A stretch of 24,000 bases of DNA from assembly GCF_000429965.1 (NCBI RefSeq), contig NZ_AUCW01000015.1, positions 126,855 to 150,854 of the forward strand, read 5' to 3'. The notes under the pieces are model-generated. The model was not told the DNA's origin. It saw only the letters and a list, made by a program, of their open reading frames with translations, and did not search any database. How positions within the stretch are numbered: position 1 is the first letter of the stretch; the number at the start of each line of letters is the position of its first letter. The stretch is from Desulfogranum mediterraneum DSM 13871. Its GTDB lineage: Bacteria; Desulfobacterota; Desulfobulbia; Desulfobulbales; Desulfobulbaceae. Position numbers and translations under genes: made by a program. Below, piece by piece: positions 22,894 to 24,000 of this stretch.

Positions 22894-24000
22894 CTAGGGA
22901 GCGGCCTGCTGTTTGCTGCGGTTCTTCTGCTCCAGGGTCTTAACGATCAACCGATAGGCAATATAGTACTTATAGATGTTGGAGACGTACTGGACCGTCT
23001 CCCGGCCGATGCGTTTGGCGGCAATCAACTCCACGTTGTTGAACCAGACATTGGGGTCCAGGCCACCCTCTGCAGCCTCTTTGCGCAGCCGGGCAACCCG
23101 GGCAGGACCGGCGTTGTAGGAGGCAAAGGCAAAGAGGTGGCGGTTGACCGGATCCATCTGCTCACCGGCGTAGTAGCGATCCACCATGAAACGGAGGTAC
23201 TTGGTACCGGCGTGGACATTCTGCTCCAGGATATGGATATCCTTGATCCCCACATTGGGATCTGCAGCCGTACTGGGCAGCACCTGCATGATGCCCACGG
23301 CACCGGCCCTGCTCTTCTTGGACTGATCAAGCCCTGATTCCTGGTAGGCCAGGGCGCCGATCATGATCCAGTCAAAGGCGTACTTTCGGCCATACTTGCG
23401 CAGCAGGGCAATCACTGTCTTGAACTTTTCCAGCTGTTCCTGGCTGGTGTTGTTGCTGAGATAGCGACGATCCTTGAGATAACGCCTGGCCAGCATGTTG
23501 AAGTGGAGGCTGCCCTGGCGGTGTCCACGGACAAAACGGTTGACCTCCTCCTTCAAGAGGGGGCTGCCCTGGCGGATGGCCCAGCCGATTCTGCCGCCCC
23601 GGCGGAGGACAAGCCCATCGTGGACGACCAGGCCGGGAAAGACCTCTGCCCAGACCCTGGCCTTATGGAGATCAACCACCACCATGGGGATCAGGCCGGC
23701 ACTGACCATCTCCAACAGGTCTTCATCTTCCAGGTACGGATCGGCTGCCCGGATGCGCACCGGTTTCTTGGCCGTGGCCTGGAGGGTCTTGTTCAGCCGG
23801 AGCAGGCTCTCATGGTAACTGGAGGATTTCCTGACATAGACCTCCCTGGCGGAGAGTTCAAACAGACTCTTCAGGCCGGAGACAGCGGCAGTGCTGACCA
23901 CCACCTCCCTGGCATCGTCATAGAAGGGCTCGCTAAAATCGACCTTGTGCAAGCGCTCCGGAGTAATGGTCAGGTTGCCGGCAGCCACATCGCCGTAGCC
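22894..24000 (-). CDS. mltF: Membrane-bound lytic murein transglycosylase F-like protein (type-3 solute-binding domain plus C-terminal SLT domain). The N-terminus lies beyond the right edge.
   Basis: SLT catalytic motif is present (ALAYQESGLDQSKKSRAGAVGIMQV, then ASYNAGPARV). It is preceded by a PBP-like domain (LTITPERLHKVDFSEPFY). The reading frame stays open to position 24000 (..GYGDVAAGNLTIT..). Confidence 0.85.
   Translation of the reverse strand, partial: GYGDVAAGNLTITPERLHKVDFSEPFYDDAREVVVSTAAVSGLKSLFELSAREVYVRKSSSYHESLLRLNKTLQATAKKPVRIRAADPYLEDEDLLEMVSAGLIPMVVVDLHKARVWAEVFPGLVVHDGLVLRRGGRIGWAIRQGSPLLKEEVNRFVRGHRQGSLHFNMLARRYLKDRRYLSNNTSQEQLEKFKTVIALLRKYGRKYAFDWIMIGALAYQESGLDQSKKSRAGAVGIMQVLPSTAADPNVGIKDIHILEQNVHAGTKYLRFMVDRYYAGEQMDPVNRHLFAFASYNAGPARVARLRKEAAEGGLDPNVWFNNVELIAAKRIGRETVQYVSNIYKYYIAYRLIVKTLEQKNRSKQQAAP

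Overview
High-GC chromosomal segment: sampled 60-nt lines are about 60% GC. The gene content (cytoplasmic multi-PAS hybrid histidine kinases, long-form LeuA, MobB) suggests a Desulfobulbales-like deltaproteobacterium, but the lineage is inference only.

Gene order, left to right:
- A partial membrane sensor and a LivK-type binding lipoprotein (minus strand).
- A YheT-like alpha/beta hydrolase (plus strand).
- A minus-strand run headed by a 94-aa protein and a strongly structured leader. It continues with four membrane ion-transport genes: EI24/CysZ-like, SLC13 permease with TrkA-C domains, CPA2 antiporter with an RCK domain, and a K+ channel.
- Two paralogous soluble PAS hybrid histidine kinases flanking mobB.
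- An AT-rich islet of about 4.6 kb (roughly 14.75-19.4 kb; sampled lines 33-35% GC). It carries an orphan type-III PLP decarboxylase, a 5'-truncated IS1595-family transposase pseudogene with an internal stop, a hexapeptide acyltransferase, an ORF-less stretch containing a GC-rich patch with a C10 tract, and a small winged-helix protein gene. That gene is followed by a 10-bp tandem array and an A8-T-G12 homopolymer block.
- A beta-hydroxyacid dehydrogenase.
- leuA, preceded by a Leu-codon leader peptide plus terminator (attenuator architecture).
- A partial mltF.

No tRNA, rRNA or CRISPR array was seen. I do not see a convincing multi-gene novel system. The best leads are cis-regulatory or structural: the leuA attenuator, the structured leader in front of the ion-transport run, the 10-bp repeat array next to the wHTH gene, the homopolymer tracts, and the decayed horizontally acquired islet.

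Many long ORFs in the supplied track are antisense shadows typical of high-GC DNA and were rejected.
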